Assembly (NCBI GenBank): GCA_002269645.1
Contig: NIVC01000864.1
Location: 124,001-188,000, forward strand
DNA length: 64,000 bases
Reading direction: 5' to 3'
Source of the DNA: Macrostomum lignano
Lineage: Eukaryota
Below the pieces are notes generated by a model. The model saw nothing but the letters and a program-made list of their open reading frames with translations, was not told the origin of the DNA and did not search any database. Shown in pieces: positions 1 to 11,442 of the stretch (position 1 is the stretch's first letter; every line of letters begins with the position of its first letter). The position numbers and the translations under genes were made by a program.

Positions 1-165
1 TCCCCATACATTCTCTACATTCCTCTACATTCTCTGCATTCCCCATACATTCTCTACATTCCTCTACATTCTCTAAATTCCCCATAAATTCTCTACCTTC
101 CCCTACATTCTCTGCATTCCCCATACATTCTCTACATTCCGCTACATTCTCTACATTACCCTTCA
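1..165. repeat. Degenerate pyrimidine-rich tandem repeat (CCCCATACATTCTCTACATT-like), truncated by the window edge
   Basis: Repeated CATTCTCTACATT/CATTCCCCATA words are directly visible. Confidence 0.8.
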
Positions 166-1094
166 CCCCGAATAACAAGCGCCGAATTAACTATGACGTG
201 AGAGCTGAACTGCACCACCCCGTCACGTGACTACTCTCCGATGAAAATAGTAAAAAAACGGGCTGACAAGCAGATAAGATAAGTCAGGAGACAAGTGGGT
301 TGCCCAGATAAAGAAGCAGCCAATCAGATTTCAGCAGTCAATTCTATCAGACGTTCAGTTGCGAGTGTACAATTAATCACGTGATCCATTTTAAAAAAAG
401 GTCGATAGCCAAGTCCCAATACGCAGAGAGTGCACATGCCTGACAATTAGAAATTCAGGGCCGCTGTAGCTCGTACACCCTGTGTGAGCGTGTTGTATGA
501 GCATTTTCTTCTTCAGCAGCAGCAGCAGCTGAGAGAGCAGAAATAACAGTAACTCCGAAAAAAGAAAATGAATAAACAGAAAAGCGAAAGCAACAGGAAG
601 TCAGGGGAATGGCAATATACAGTTTTTCTGGGGGAGATCCAGCCAGCTTAGCAGCTCGGGATTAAACCGCGGCTCATCAAACTCGGGAGGGGGGGGGCTC
701 CCCGAGACTTCCCTGAGTCGTAAATCAGTCGCGGGCCCGTCAGTGTCAGCGTGCCAGCCGGGCAGTTCCAGTTAATGAATACCGACTTCCGTGAGACTCT
801 TCGAGAGCCCGAATTCCCGATCTTATCAGCCTATCACTGCCGCAGTTCCTTTCCCTGCCCGCTATGCCACTCTGGCCACTCCCCTTAGACAGCATTTGGG
901 GCTGCTGGCTCTTATTGCGAGTCTACCATATCATGCCAAGGCCCCTTACTCACTCGAGCCGATGTCCCTACATGATAAGCTCGCGCCTTGTGCACACCGG
1001 GTCTCAACTAGTTCTTGGTCGGGCCGTCTTGAACACCTTCTGAATCCTGGTCTGGAAGGTTTCAGTCTCCTTGATTTTGATCTGGTTCATGGAC

Positions 1095-1580
1095 TCAAAA
1101 AGTTTCTGGGTCATGGGTCTTGAAGGTTTCTGCGGGTCATGGGTCTTGAAGGTTTCTGCGGGTCATGGGTCTGAAGGTTTCTGCGGGTCATGGGTCTTGA
1201 AGGTTTCTGCGGGTCATGGGTCTTGAAGGTTTCTGGGTCATGGGTCTGAAGGTTTCTGGGTCATAGGTCTGAAGGTTTCTGGGTCATGGGTCTGAAGGTT
1301 TCTGCGGGTCATGGGTCTTGAGGGTTTCTGGGTCAATGGTATTTACAAGGTTTCTGGGTCATGGGTCTGAAGGTTTCTGGGTCATGGGTCTGAAGGTTTC
1401 TGTGTCATGGGTCTTGAAGGTTTTTGGGTCATGGGTCTGAAGGTTCCTGTGGGTCATGGGTCTGAAGGTTTCTGGGTCATGGGTCTGAAGGTTTCTGGGT
1501 CATGGGTCTTAAAGGTTTCTGGGTCATGGGTCTTGAAGGTTTCTGGGTCATAGGTCTTGAGGGTTTCTGGGTCATGGGTC
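1095..1580. repeat. Minisatellite, unit about 23-26 bp (GGGTCATGGGTCTGAAGGTTTCT)
   Basis: About 20 near-identical copies are visible; they explain ORFs 1477..1689 and 1502..1693. Confidence 0.9.
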
Positions 1581-2063
1581 CTACAAATGTCTTGGTCAAT
1601 GTTTTAGGGCATCGGGCTTCCTTTTCTGAACTTTTCCTTTTTTCATTGGGTATCAGTATTAATATTGTTAGTATTATATTCGTTTGCAAATGAAAATTAG
1701 TTCACTTTAGACGTGAGTACTTCTAAGAATCAGAAATTTCCCCTGACTAGGGCAATTATAATCACACGTGCGTTTCGACACTGAGTGGCATCCTTTAGAG
1801 TAGACGGAGATCTGCGCTCAGCACTTGAAGTCACCCTTACAACCCCCTCCCTGCTCGTGCCGCCATAGCAGTGTGTAAATCGAATTCGATCCTGTTAATC
1901 TGGCAATACATGTGTTTAATAGTAGGCATGTCCGTCTTGTTGGCCTCTCAACGTGTAAAAAAGCCCCAAATTATAAGAGAGCGAGAAAATGAGGAGCCGG
2001 ACAATTGGCATTAATAAGCGACTTCAGGCCGCAGGCCGGCGCTGAAGGGTCGGCACTTCAGCC

Positions 2064-2065
<2 letters not shown>

Positions 2066-2128
<63 letters not shown>
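2066..2128. repeat. (CT)n microsatellite
   Basis: Perfect dinucleotide run. Confidence 0.98.
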
Positions 2129-2132
<4 letters not shown>

Positions 2133-2459
2133 GGTGGAGCATTAAAGTAGTCTGCTTCGGTTCAGCTCTGCTTAAGCCTTGACCCCGCACAGTGCTCTTA
2201 TCAATCAGTCTGTATTAGAGTCTCTCATTCCTACTCTTACTCACTCAAAAATTTCTTCTCTTAATTACAATTTCTAAAAGAATCATACTAGTACAGCCAG
2301 CGACCATTATTGTACGAGCTATATTTAGGTTCAATTAAGACCAAAACCTTTGACTTAATCTAATTTCTTGCCTGATACTTGCATTTCATGAAAATCTATC
2401 CATCTCAACTCTGTATTGACATTATCTGTAAATTCCCTCGGTTTCAATACATCTCCCTA

Positions 2460-2835
2460 TAAACACCTTCCCATCCTAAACACCCTCTCCCCCTTTAAAC
2501 ACCCTTTTCAACACCCTCCCTCTAAACACCCTCTCTCTCTAAACACTTTCATCCTCTAAACAGCCCCCCTAAACACCCACTTCCTCTAAACACACTCTCC
2601 CTTTAAACACCCACTTCTTCTAAACACCCTCTCCTTCTAAGCCCCCCTCTAAACACCCTTCTAAACACTCCTCTAAACACCCCTCTTAACACCCCCTCTT
2701 AACACCTCGTCTCTTAAACATCCTCCCTATGTAAACAACCTCTCGCTTTAAACACAACCTTTAAACACCATCTTCTAAACATCCCCCTTTTAAACACCCC
2801 CTCTCTTTAAATACCCTCTCCCTCTAAACACGCCT
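2460..2835. repeat. Degenerate TAAACACCC(CT)n low-complexity repeat
   Basis: Recurrent TAAACACC words separated by pyrimidine tracts. Confidence 0.8.
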
Positions 2836-2875
2836 CTAGAATCTCGTTTCCCTGCACTAAAAACCGCTCTCTCAG

Positions 2876-3132
2876 CCAAGCCTCTCAAAACTGCACCTCG
2901 GTCCCGCAGGGCTCCGCTCTGAACACAACGGAGGCCTCGTTCGCGCCCGAAGCCAAGCGAGGCCCCGTTGCCATGGTGAGCTCCGAGGAGAAGCTCGGCC
3001 AGCGCCGGCACAACGGCGTCGTTTTCAATCTTCTACCGGAGGCTGCGCACGACATCAGCTTGAAATCTTGCAACAGGCACGGCTGCAGCGAATTCTCGCG
3101 GCCTGTACGAGTTCGGACAGTGGCTCAGAGCC
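2876..3132 (+). CDS. Penultimate exon of a fibronectin type III domain cell-surface protein (upstream exons not identified)
   Basis: Acceptor ctctctcag| at 2875 and donor |gtgagt at 3133. The open frame ...HNGVVFNLLPEAAHDISLKSCNRHGCSEFSRPVRVRTVAQS fits the C-terminal strands of an FN3 fold (L-x-P-x-x-x-Y/H-x-I-x-V/L...N-x-x-G-x-S-x-x-S-x-P-V-x-V-x-T). Confidence 0.65.
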
Positions 3133-3229
3133 GTGAGTAGATGAGGATTTCTCTCTGGCCATAAAACTATCATTAAGCCCCTATCACGCAAGGGAATCCT
3201 TCGCAGTGGTGCATTGTCTCGATAGGATT

Positions 3230-4190
3230 TACCAGCTGGGAAATTCCCCAGCTTTTATGTACACAGCTGTTTCCTGGGAATTCTACAGAAAGTAATGCAT
3301 GCCGATGTACACGGCTGTTTCCTAGGGATTCACCTTGAGGGAAATCCCTGGCCGATGTACAGTTTCCTTGGGATTCCCCTGGAGGGAAATCCCTCGCCTA
3401 TGTACACAGTTTCTTTGGGATTCTCCTGGAGGGAAATCCCTGTCCGATGTACATATTTTCATTGGGATTCGCCTAAAGAGAAAAATCCCTGTTCGATTTA
3501 CAGTTTCCTCGAGAGTCACTTGAAGTGAAATCCCTAACCGATGTACAATTTCCTTGGTATTCACCTAGAGGAAAATCCCTGGCCGATTTACAGTTTCTTT
3601 GGGATTCCCCTAGAAGGAAATCCCTGGCCGGTGTACAGTTTCCTTGGGATTCACATGGAGGGAAATTCCTCGCCGATGTACACAGTTTATTTGGGATTCG
3701 TCTAAAGAGAGAAATACCTAGTCGATTTACATAGTTTCCTCGGGATTCACTTGAAGGGAAATTCCTAGCCGATGTACATTGCTATCTTGGGATTCTCTTG
3801 GAGGGAAATTCCTAGCCAATGTACATTGCTATCTTGGGATTCTCTTGGAGGGAAATTCCTAGCCGATGTACATTGCTATCTGGGGATTCTCTTGGAGGGA
3901 AATTCCTAGCCGATGTACATTGCTATCTTGGGATTCTCTTGAAGGGAAATTCCTAGCCAATGTACATTGCTATCTTGGGATTCTCTTGGAGGGAAATTCC
4001 TAGCCAATGTACATTGCTATCTTGGGATTCTCTTGGAGGGAAATTCCTAGCCGATGTACATTGCTATCTTGGGATTCTTTTGGAGGGAAATTCCTAGCCA
4101 ATGTACATTGCTATCTTGGGATTCTTTTGGAGGGAAATTCCTAGCCGATGTACATTGCTATCTTGGGATTCTCTTGGAGGGAAATTCCTA
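3230..4190. repeat. 47-bp minisatellite (GGGATTCTCTTGGAGGGAAATTCCTAGCCGATGTACATTGCTATCTT) in the last intron of the FN3 gene
   Basis: Copies are diverged at 3230-3740 and homogeneous at 3740-4190. Confidence 0.92.
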
Positions 4191-4449
4191 GCACCAATTC
4201 AGTGTTCAGGAATTCTCTATAGAGCAAAGATCTTCATAAAAAGATGTAAACCTTGGCGCTAGTACTGATTTTAAAGTTATTCATTTTTCAAAAGAAAGCG
4301 TGAAAAAAGTTAATAATCTACTTTTTCAGACACGACATTCAACGACCCCAACAATCCAAAATATAGACGTGAGTTGCTCTACAATCCTGAGCTTCTACTC
4401 AAGGGTTGCAAGACTTGACAATATTGTTATCAACTTTTACCTTTTCCAG

Positions 4450-4550
4450 GACCGTTAAACATGGCCTCCCTGGGCCCGGCAGCGCCCAGCTGGAGTTTGC
4501 CGCTGGCACTGCTGGCGACGTCTTTAGTCCGACGGCTCACTGAGGACTGA
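4450..4550 (+). CDS. Terminal exon of the FN3 protein with a hydrophobic, GPI-signal-like tail
   Basis: Acceptor cttttccag| at 4449; the phase-1 join to exon 2876-3132 gives RPLNMASLGPAAPSWSLPLALLATSLVRRLTED*, with TGA at 4548-4550. Confidence 0.6.
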
Positions 4551-5479
4551 CTCAGACAGCCAGCCAGGCCAGATAGCGCTAATCCGGTAATCCCATCAGC
4601 CTAGCAACTGGGATTCCAACTCTTCACACTCAATATATTTATTTATTGTTCTGAAAAAATTAAGCCCGCTTTTTTAGTACACCGTCTCAGTTTTTTGTTG
4701 TAGAACAAAAAATTCCAGCAAACTGTTAGATTTCATTTACTAATAGTAGTACGACAATGTTTTAGCAACTATTCTATCGCATAGCGCGCATAAATAATTG
4801 TTCATATCCCGAAAACGTATTGTTTTAGCTTTCTAGAGCATTTTTTGTTTGTAAATTTTTAACCATGTGTCTGATAAAAAGCTGGTTAAAGTTTGCAGTG
4901 CTTTTGTTTATAATAGGAAAGAAGCGACTCTAGACGACTCAAAAACGACGAAATGTCACGGGTACAAGCCGTCAAAAAGTTGTCAAAGAGTTGCACAAGA
5001 CTAAGTGCTTTTTATGTGTTTAATATGTGCATGAAAATCGCTTCTGTGCTATTGTTATACTTATAAACTACTGCGAGTAGGTAAAAAGCGAATTTAATTA
5101 TTCATTATTATTTATAAATGTTTTAATTATATTATTCCCAATGTGTGCACACCTGTGCATGTGCGCTGTGGTGTGGCAAGCATTTTCGGTTGCCATGTTA
5201 CTCCGATGTCAATGATGTAACTGTTGTGCCCTAACTGAAATGCCCCCTCTATCATACCTATTGAACCCCTCTATTACAGTGGCTGAAAAACTAAACTGAC
5301 TGTATTCAATTTAAATATACGATGTGACAGTTGCTGACGCTGAAGAGGTAACCTTAAATGATGCTAAACTAGCTGTATCATTATGTCACAATTCATTGGC
5401 TTTTATTGACTTACGCAATTTCTAGAGGGTCGAAACTTCATTTGTTTATTTCGGTGCCATTGTGATTAGTGGGAGGGAC

Positions 5480-6230
5480 AGGCGGGTAGGGAGAGGCGGG
5501 TAGGGAGAGGCGGGTAGGGAGAGGCGGGTAGGGAGAGGCGGGTAGGGAGAGGCGGGTAGGGAGAGGCGGGTAGGGAGAGGCGGGTAGGGAGAGGCGGGTA
5601 GGGAGAGGCGGGTAGGGAGAGGCGGGTAGGGAGAGGCGGGTAGGGAGAGGCGGGTAGGGAGAGGCGGGTAGGGAGAGGCGGGTAGGGAGAGGCGGGTAGG
5701 GAGAGGCGGGTAGGGAGAGGCGGGTAGGGAGAGGCGGGTAGGGAGAGGCGGGTAGGGAGAGGCGGGTAGGGAGAGGCGGGTAGGGAGAGGCGGGTAGGGA
5801 GAGGCGGGTAGGGAGAGGCGGGTAGGGAGAGGCGGGTAGGGAGAGGCGGGTAGGGAGAGGCGGGTAGGGAGAGGCGGGTAGGGAGAGGCAGGTGAGGAGA
5901 GGCAGGGAGGAAGAGAAAGGCGAGGACAGGGGAGTAGGGCGAGGCGGGTAGGGAGAGGCGGGTAGGGAGAGGCGGATAGGGAGAGGCAGGTGAGGAGAGG
6001 CGGGGAGGGAGAGGCGGGTAGGGAGAGGCAAGTGAGGAGAGGCGGGTAGGGAGAGGCAGGTGAGGAGAGGCGGGGAGGGAGAGGCGGGTAGGGAGAGGCA
6101 GGTGAGGAGAGGCGGGGAGGGAGAGGCAGGGAGGAAGAGGCGGGTAGGGAGAGGCAGGGAGGAAGAGGCAGGCGAGGACAGGGGAGTAGGGAGAGGCGGG
6201 TGAGGACAGGCAGGTAGGGAGAAGCGAGCA
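5480..6230. repeat. G-rich 14-bp minisatellite (GGCGGGTAGGGAGA)n, perfect to about 5890 and then degenerate
   Basis: Directly visible; source of the spurious ORFs 5438..6368. Confidence 0.95.
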
Positions 6231-6678
6231 TAGAGTGTTAAGAAAGTATTTTAGTTGAAGAAGAGAGAGGCAAAGTTGCTCTTCTGCGCAAGTTGATTGC
6301 GCAGTGCCGTGAAGAGTGAACTCCCCCTGAAATGCGCTATCCAGGCTCAAACTGTTGATCAAGCCCAATATAATGGCGCCTTCCGGGTCTGGCGTGTGGC
6401 GCGGGTATTCTATTAGAAACGCGAGAAGCGGTGAGCCTCTCGCTTAAATTTGGCATCCATTGTGAGCGTGAACATTATGGTAAACTTCAACTTATCTTGA
6501 TATGGATGGCTAAAATTAAAAACTGCTCCTATGAATGCTGTTGGTACGCGATTGGCTCCTTTAATGCATAAATAGTCTACAAGACTGAGTAAACTGTTGA
6601 AGATGCAGTGAAGAAGCTGACTATACTATGTATTAAAACTTCGCCATTAGATTTAGATTTAGATATTCTATTAAAAGC

Positions 6679-7275
6679 ATGTTATCAGGCGTTCACACAG
6701 CGGAACAGAATGGCCAGATCAGAAGCAGAAAAATTGGAATAGACGGAAGCGGAAGCGGAAACCGAAGCGGAGGCCGAGCAGAGCTGGTCGGGGTCGATTG
6801 GCGATCAGCACTGGCTGCTCTTGGTCAGCGGCCTCTGCGCAGACTGCCGCCGCCGCCGCCGCCACCTCTGCCGGCTCCTCTGCCGCCGTTGATTGCTCAG
6901 AGTGGGTTTCGCTGGGCACATCCGCCGAATGAGCTGCAGCCGCCACCTCCACCGACCCCGTCAACACCACCCCAGGAGCAGCAGCAACACCAGCAGCAGC
7001 AGCAGCAACAGCAGCAGCAGAAGAAGAGCTTTAGTCGCACCACACGACCGGCTCGGCTGTCGCAGGATCTGTTCGATGCCAGACTGTCGGTGGAGCAAAA
7101 ATACGACCGATATGTCAGACTGCACTGCGGCGGAGGCGGCGGAGGTCGACGCGAAGTCGGTGATGGCGGTGGCAGAGCCGGCGGCCTCTGGGTGGTCGGC
7201 AGTCGCCTTCGCCGCGGTCGGCAAGACGTGGCTCCGGGTTTCCCCTGCTACAGCTACTGGTGGCGCTGCTTCTAG
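6679..7275 (+). CDS. Unknown Pro/Gln/Gly-rich ORF ending in RRGR-QDVAPGFPCYSYWWRCF* (single or terminal exon)
   Basis: 198-codon GC-rich ORF in AT-rich surroundings, followed by AATAAA at 7328-7333. No recognisable domain; start uncertain. Confidence 0.4.
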   Translation: MLSGVHTAEQNGQIRSRKIGIDGSGSGNRSGGRAELVGVDWRSALAALGQRPLRRLPPPPPPPLPAPLPPLIAQSGFRWAHPPNELQPPPPPTPSTPPQEQQQHQQQQQQQQQQKKSFSRTTRPARLSQDLFDARLSVEQKYDRYVRLHCGGGGGGRREVGDGGGRAGGLWVVGSRLRRGRQDVAPGFPCYSYWWRCF

Positions 7276-7552
7276 AGGAGAGCAGCCTTTCTATCAGCTT
7301 TTTCAATGCCATAACTGGACCGTAGAAAATAAAAATCAAATGAAGACAAAAATTTTTTTTCTAATATACAAAGCATACGAAGTATGTTTTGATTGACTGT
7401 TTTATTAGTGCATTATTAACATAAAAACCGATTATTTATCAATAAAACACGATTAATTCAAATTCTATTAAAACAGCTTTTCTTGACAGTCCTGACGTAA
7501 AAACAGTATATAAACTTTGTTTAATTTCAATGCTGATTTGTTTTGCGCACTG

Positions 7553-7618
7553 TCAAACAACCAATCGCTTCGAGTTGATATCGCGGATCAGGCAGCATGC
7601 GATAACCACGCCAATCAC
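7553..7618 (-). CDS. Tetraspanin exon 5/5 (end of TM4 and C-tail: VIGVVIACCLIRDINSKRLVV*)
   Basis: Acceptor cattgcag|, phase 0, TGA at 7553-7555; AATAAA on the minus strand at 7401-7406. Confidence 0.9.
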   Translation of the reverse strand: MIGVVIACCLIRDINSKRLVV

Positions 7619-7659
7619 CTGCAATGATAGGAAAACTCTGGTAAGACGGGCTTTCAGAC

Positions 7660-9100
7660 ACGGTTAATCACCCGCTTTCAGACACAATCACCCGGTTTCA
7701 GACACAATCACCCGCTTTCAGACACAATCACCCGGTTTCAGACACAATCACCCGCTTTCAGACACAATCAGTCACCGGCTTTCAGACCCAATCACCCGCT
7801 TTCAGACACAATCAATCACCCGCTTTCAGACACAATCACCCGCTTTCAGACACAATCAATCACCCGCTTTCAGACACAATCACCCGGCTTCAGACACAGT
7901 CACCCGCTTTCAGACACAATCACCCGCTTTCAGATACAATCACCCGCTTTCAGACACAATCAGTCACCGGCTTTCAGACCCAATCACCCGCTTTCAGACA
8001 CAATCAATCACCCGCTTTCAGACACAATCACCCGCTTTCAGACACAATCAATCACCCGCTTTCAGACACAATCACCCGGCTTCAGACACAATCACCCGCT
8101 TTCAGACACAGTCACCCGCTTTCAGACACAGTCACCCGCTTTCAGACACAATCACCCGCTTTCAGATACAATCACCCGCTTTCAGACACAATCACCCGCT
8201 TTCAGACATAATCCATCACCCGCTTTCAGACACAGTCACCCGCTTTCAGACACAATCACCCGCTTTCAGACACAATCACCCGGTTTCAGACACAATCAAT
8301 CACCCGCTTTCAGACACAATCACCCGCTTTCAGACACAATCAATCACCCGCTTTCAGACACAATCACCCGCTTTCAGACACAATCAATCACCCGCTTTCA
8401 GACACAATCAATCACCCGCTTTCAGACACAGTCACCCGCTTTCAGACACAATCACCCGCTTTCAGACACAATCACCCGGTTTCAGACACAATCAATCACC
8501 CGCTTTCAGACACAATCACCCGCTTTCAGACACAATCAATCACCCGCTTTCAGACACAATCAATCACCCGCTTTCAGACACAATCACCCGCTTTTAGACA
8601 CAATCACCCGCTTTCAGACACAATCACCCGCTTTCAGACACAATCAATCACCCGCTTTCAGACACAATCACCCGCTTTCAGACACAATCAGTCACTTTCA
8701 GACACAATCACCCGGTTTCAGACACAATCAATCACCCGCTTTCAGACACAATCACCCGCTTTCAGACACAATCAATCACCCGGTTTCAGACACAATCAAT
8801 CACCCGCTTTCAGACACAATCACCCGCTTTTAGACACAATCACCCGCTTTCAGACACAATCACCCGCTTTCAGACATAATCCATCACCCGCTTTCAGACA
8901 CAGTCACCCGCTTTCAGACACAATCAATCACCCGCTTTCAGATACAATCACCCGCTTTCAGACACAATCAGTCACCGGCTTTCAGACCCAATCACCCGCT
9001 TTCAGACACAATCAATCACCCGCTTTCAGACACAATCAATCACCCGCTTTCAGACACAATCACCCGCTTTTAGACACAATCACCCGCTTTCAGACACAGT
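7660..9100. repeat. 20/24-bp minisatellite (TTCAGACACAATCACCCGCT) filling tetraspanin intron 4
   Basis: Dozens of visible copies. Confidence 0.95.
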
Positions 9101-9145
9101 CACTATACAACAGAACAGACTCAGTAGTTCCAGAGAACAGCTCAC

Positions 9146-9229
9146 CTCACAAAAGGCGACCAAGCTGGCGATAACGATGATGGGGACAGCGTGCCGGTTG
9201 GAAAAACTGACAATACTTGAAATGCAGGT
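9146..9229 (-). CDS. Tetraspanin exon 4/5 (TCISSIVSFSNRHAVPIIVIASLVAFCE)
   Basis: Acceptor cttccag| and donor |gtgag, phase 0/0; contains the last EC2 Cys and the start of TM4. Confidence 0.9.
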
Positions 9230-9319
9230 CTGGAAGTTGGAGACGAAGCGGGAATATTGTTAGTTAGCTCTATCGATAATGGATGAAGCTGCCATATTAA
9301 AATCAGTTTAATCTCTCAC

Positions 9320-9559
9320 CTTGGTGTGCAGAGTATTGCCAGTGAACGGACAGTCCGCATCAACCAGAGTGCTGTTAAGCCTGTCCAACGAGTCAAAGAT
9401 GCTGCCTCTGCTGTTGAGGACGGCTGGCTTTTGATCTTGGCGCACCTGGCAGCAGGTGACAGGAAAGGTCAGCTGGCGACCGTCGTAGCTGCCGTTGGAC
9501 TCGAGAAAGCTGCTGCTTAAAGCGATGTCGCCTGGGACCACGGCGCCGCAGCACTCGAA
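9320..9559 (-). CDS. Tetraspanin exon 3/5 (EC2 loop: FECCG...FPVTCC...DCPFTGNTLHTK)
   Basis: Contains the hallmark CCG motif and PxxCC motif; acceptor ctccag|, donor |gtgaga. Confidence 0.93.
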
Positions 9560-9597
9560 CTGGAGGTGTACCGCTGATAAATGGTATTGATACCACA

Positions 9598-10100
9598 GGC
9601 TGCTAGCATCTGACTATCAAGAGTAGGTCTGCTAGCATCTGACTATCAAGAGTAGGTCTGCTAGCATCTGACTATCAAGTATGTCTGCTAGCATCTGACT
9701 ATCAAGAGTAGGTCTGCTAGCATCTGACTATCAAGAGTAGGTCTGCTAGCATCTGACTATCAAGAGTAGGTCTGCTAGCATCTGACTATCAAGTATGTCT
9801 GCTAGCATCTGACTATCAAGAGTAGGTCTGCTAGCATCTGACTATCAAGAGTAGGTCTGCTAGCATCTGACTATCAAGAGTAGGTCTGCTAGCATCTGAC
9901 TATCAAGAGTAGGTCTGCTAGCATCTGACTATCAAGAGTAGGTCTGCTAGCATCTGACTATCAAGTATGTCTGCTAGCATCTGACTATCAAGAGTAGGTC
10001 TGCTAGCATCTGACTATCAAGAGTAGGTCTGCTAGCATCTGACTATCAAGAGTAGGTCTGCTAGCATCTGACTATCAAGAGTAGGTCTGCCAGCATCTGA
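9598..10100. repeat. 29-bp minisatellite (CTGCTAGCATCTGACTATCAAGAGTAGGT) in tetraspanin intron 2
   Basis: About 17 visible copies. Confidence 0.95.
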
Positions 10101-10157
10101 CTCTCAATGGGGCATTAGAGCTTTTAACTAAATGACAATAGTGAAAGTAGCACAAAC

Positions 10158-10367
10158 CTTAATCTGCAGATAGTTGATAAGCATAGTGACAGTCTTCTTA
10201 TCCTCGCTGATCTGTCCGTTTTGATAGTCAGGCATAGCAACGAACATCCTGTCCTGCAGGTCGAACATGCCCAATTCGGATGAGGTGCGGACGTGGTTCT
10301 GGAATACTCCGGCAATGACGGCCACGGCTACTTCAACTCCCAGGCCCAGGCCCATCAGGATTACGTA
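10158..10367 (-). CDS. Tetraspanin exon 2/5 (TM3 and start of EC2: YVILMGLGLGVEVAVAVIAGVF...INYLQIK)
   Basis: Acceptor ttcacag|, donor |gtttgt, phase 0/0; contains the TM3 Glu typical of tetraspanins. Confidence 0.9.
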
Positions 10368-10699
10368 CTGTGAACAGGTGGGGGCGAAGGAAAATTTTCG
10401 GTTTAGCCAAACCAATTTATTATATACTATTTCATTCGTATTTATAAAAGACGCATACAGAAAACGAAAAAAAGCAAAGCTTCGTTTCCTCGCTGCTATT
10501 TACAGCTCGCTCTAACGCCGATGCGTTCACAGAAAAGACGAGAGGGCTGGTCAGCAGACTGTGGGCTGGGAGACAGTTCTCTATAGTCCAGGCTATAGAG
10601 GCTTGAATCATTACCAATAGCAGTATAGCTCGTATAAGAGAGCCTCAATAGTCAACTCAATAGCTGTATACGAACTAGAGAACACCGAATCACAGTCAA

Positions 10700-10990
10700 A
10701 CAGTAGAGAGCCTCAAATCACAACTAGTAGCAGTAGAGAGCCTCAAATCACAACTAGTAGCAGTAGAGAGCCTCAAATCACAACTAGTAGCAGTAGAGAG
10801 CCTCAAATCACAACTAGTAGCAGTATAGAGAGCCTCAAATCACAACTAGTAGCAGTATAGAGAGCCTCAAATCACAACTAGTAGCAGTAGAGAGCCTCAA
10901 ATCACAACTAGTAGCAGTATAGAGAGCCTCAAATCACAACTAGTAGCAGCATAGAGAGCCTCAAATCACAAGCTGAGAGCCTCAGATCAC
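10700..10990. repeat. 30-32-bp minisatellite (AGAGAGCCTCAAATCACAACTAGTAGCAGT) in tetraspanin intron 1
   Basis: About 9 visible copies. Confidence 0.9.
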
Positions 10991-11157
10991 AACCAATTAT
11001 AGGGTAGGGTGTCCTAAATCGCTAACTATTGGGAGCCTTGAAATTCCTACCAATGCCATGACAGTAGGGGAGCCTCTAAACTCAAAATTTATAAGTCTCT
11101 AAAAATTAGACTGAAGAAAGACAAATTTTACATAATTTTAAAATGATCGTTGCTCAC

Positions 11158-11442
11158 CCAAGCAAGCAAGTGCTTCGATTCCTTAATAGCGCCGCAGTAG
11201 CCGCAGCAACCAACCAGAAGCATCGATGAACCAGTGATAATCAGAATATAGCCGGCGGCAAGAAAGAGTCCATGCTGATTGGCTGCCGAACTAATCTCTG
11301 CATGGTTAATCACGTTGATGAAGCGAAACAGCTCGCTATTGCTGACTACAATCCAAATTCCCAGACCGAGACAGGTCGTTCCCAGAAGCAAGTAGAAAAT
11401 GCTGAAAACGATCATAACTAACTTGGCTAAAGAGACAGTCAT
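11158..11442 (-). CDS. Tetraspanin exon 1/5 (TM1-TM2); complete protein 294 aa from 11442-11158, 10367-10158, 9559-9320, 9229-9146, 7618-7553
   Basis: MTVSLAKLVMIVFSIFYLLLGTTCLGLGIW...GCCGYCGAIKESKHLLAW matches the tetraspanin G-C-x-G-A-x-K-E-S motif; donor |gtgagc. All five exons join in phase 0. Confidence 0.93.

Noticed and set aside
2897-4551. Two apparent minus-strand exons (4551-4431 and 3102-2897) with plausible splice sites and an open joined frame
   Set aside because: They are antisense to the + strand exons, which give a recognisable FN3 pattern and a proper stop; the minus-strand peptide resembles nothing.
5438-6368. Long Pro/Leu/Ser-rich ORFs
   Set aside because: These are translations of the 14-bp repeat, which lacks stops on that strand.
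7660-10100. Regularly repeated 20-30-bp units resembling CRISPR arrays (also at 41400-42580 and 50205-52745)
   Set aside because: The units are head-to-tail with no unique spacers, there are no cas genes, and the context is spliced eukaryotic genes.
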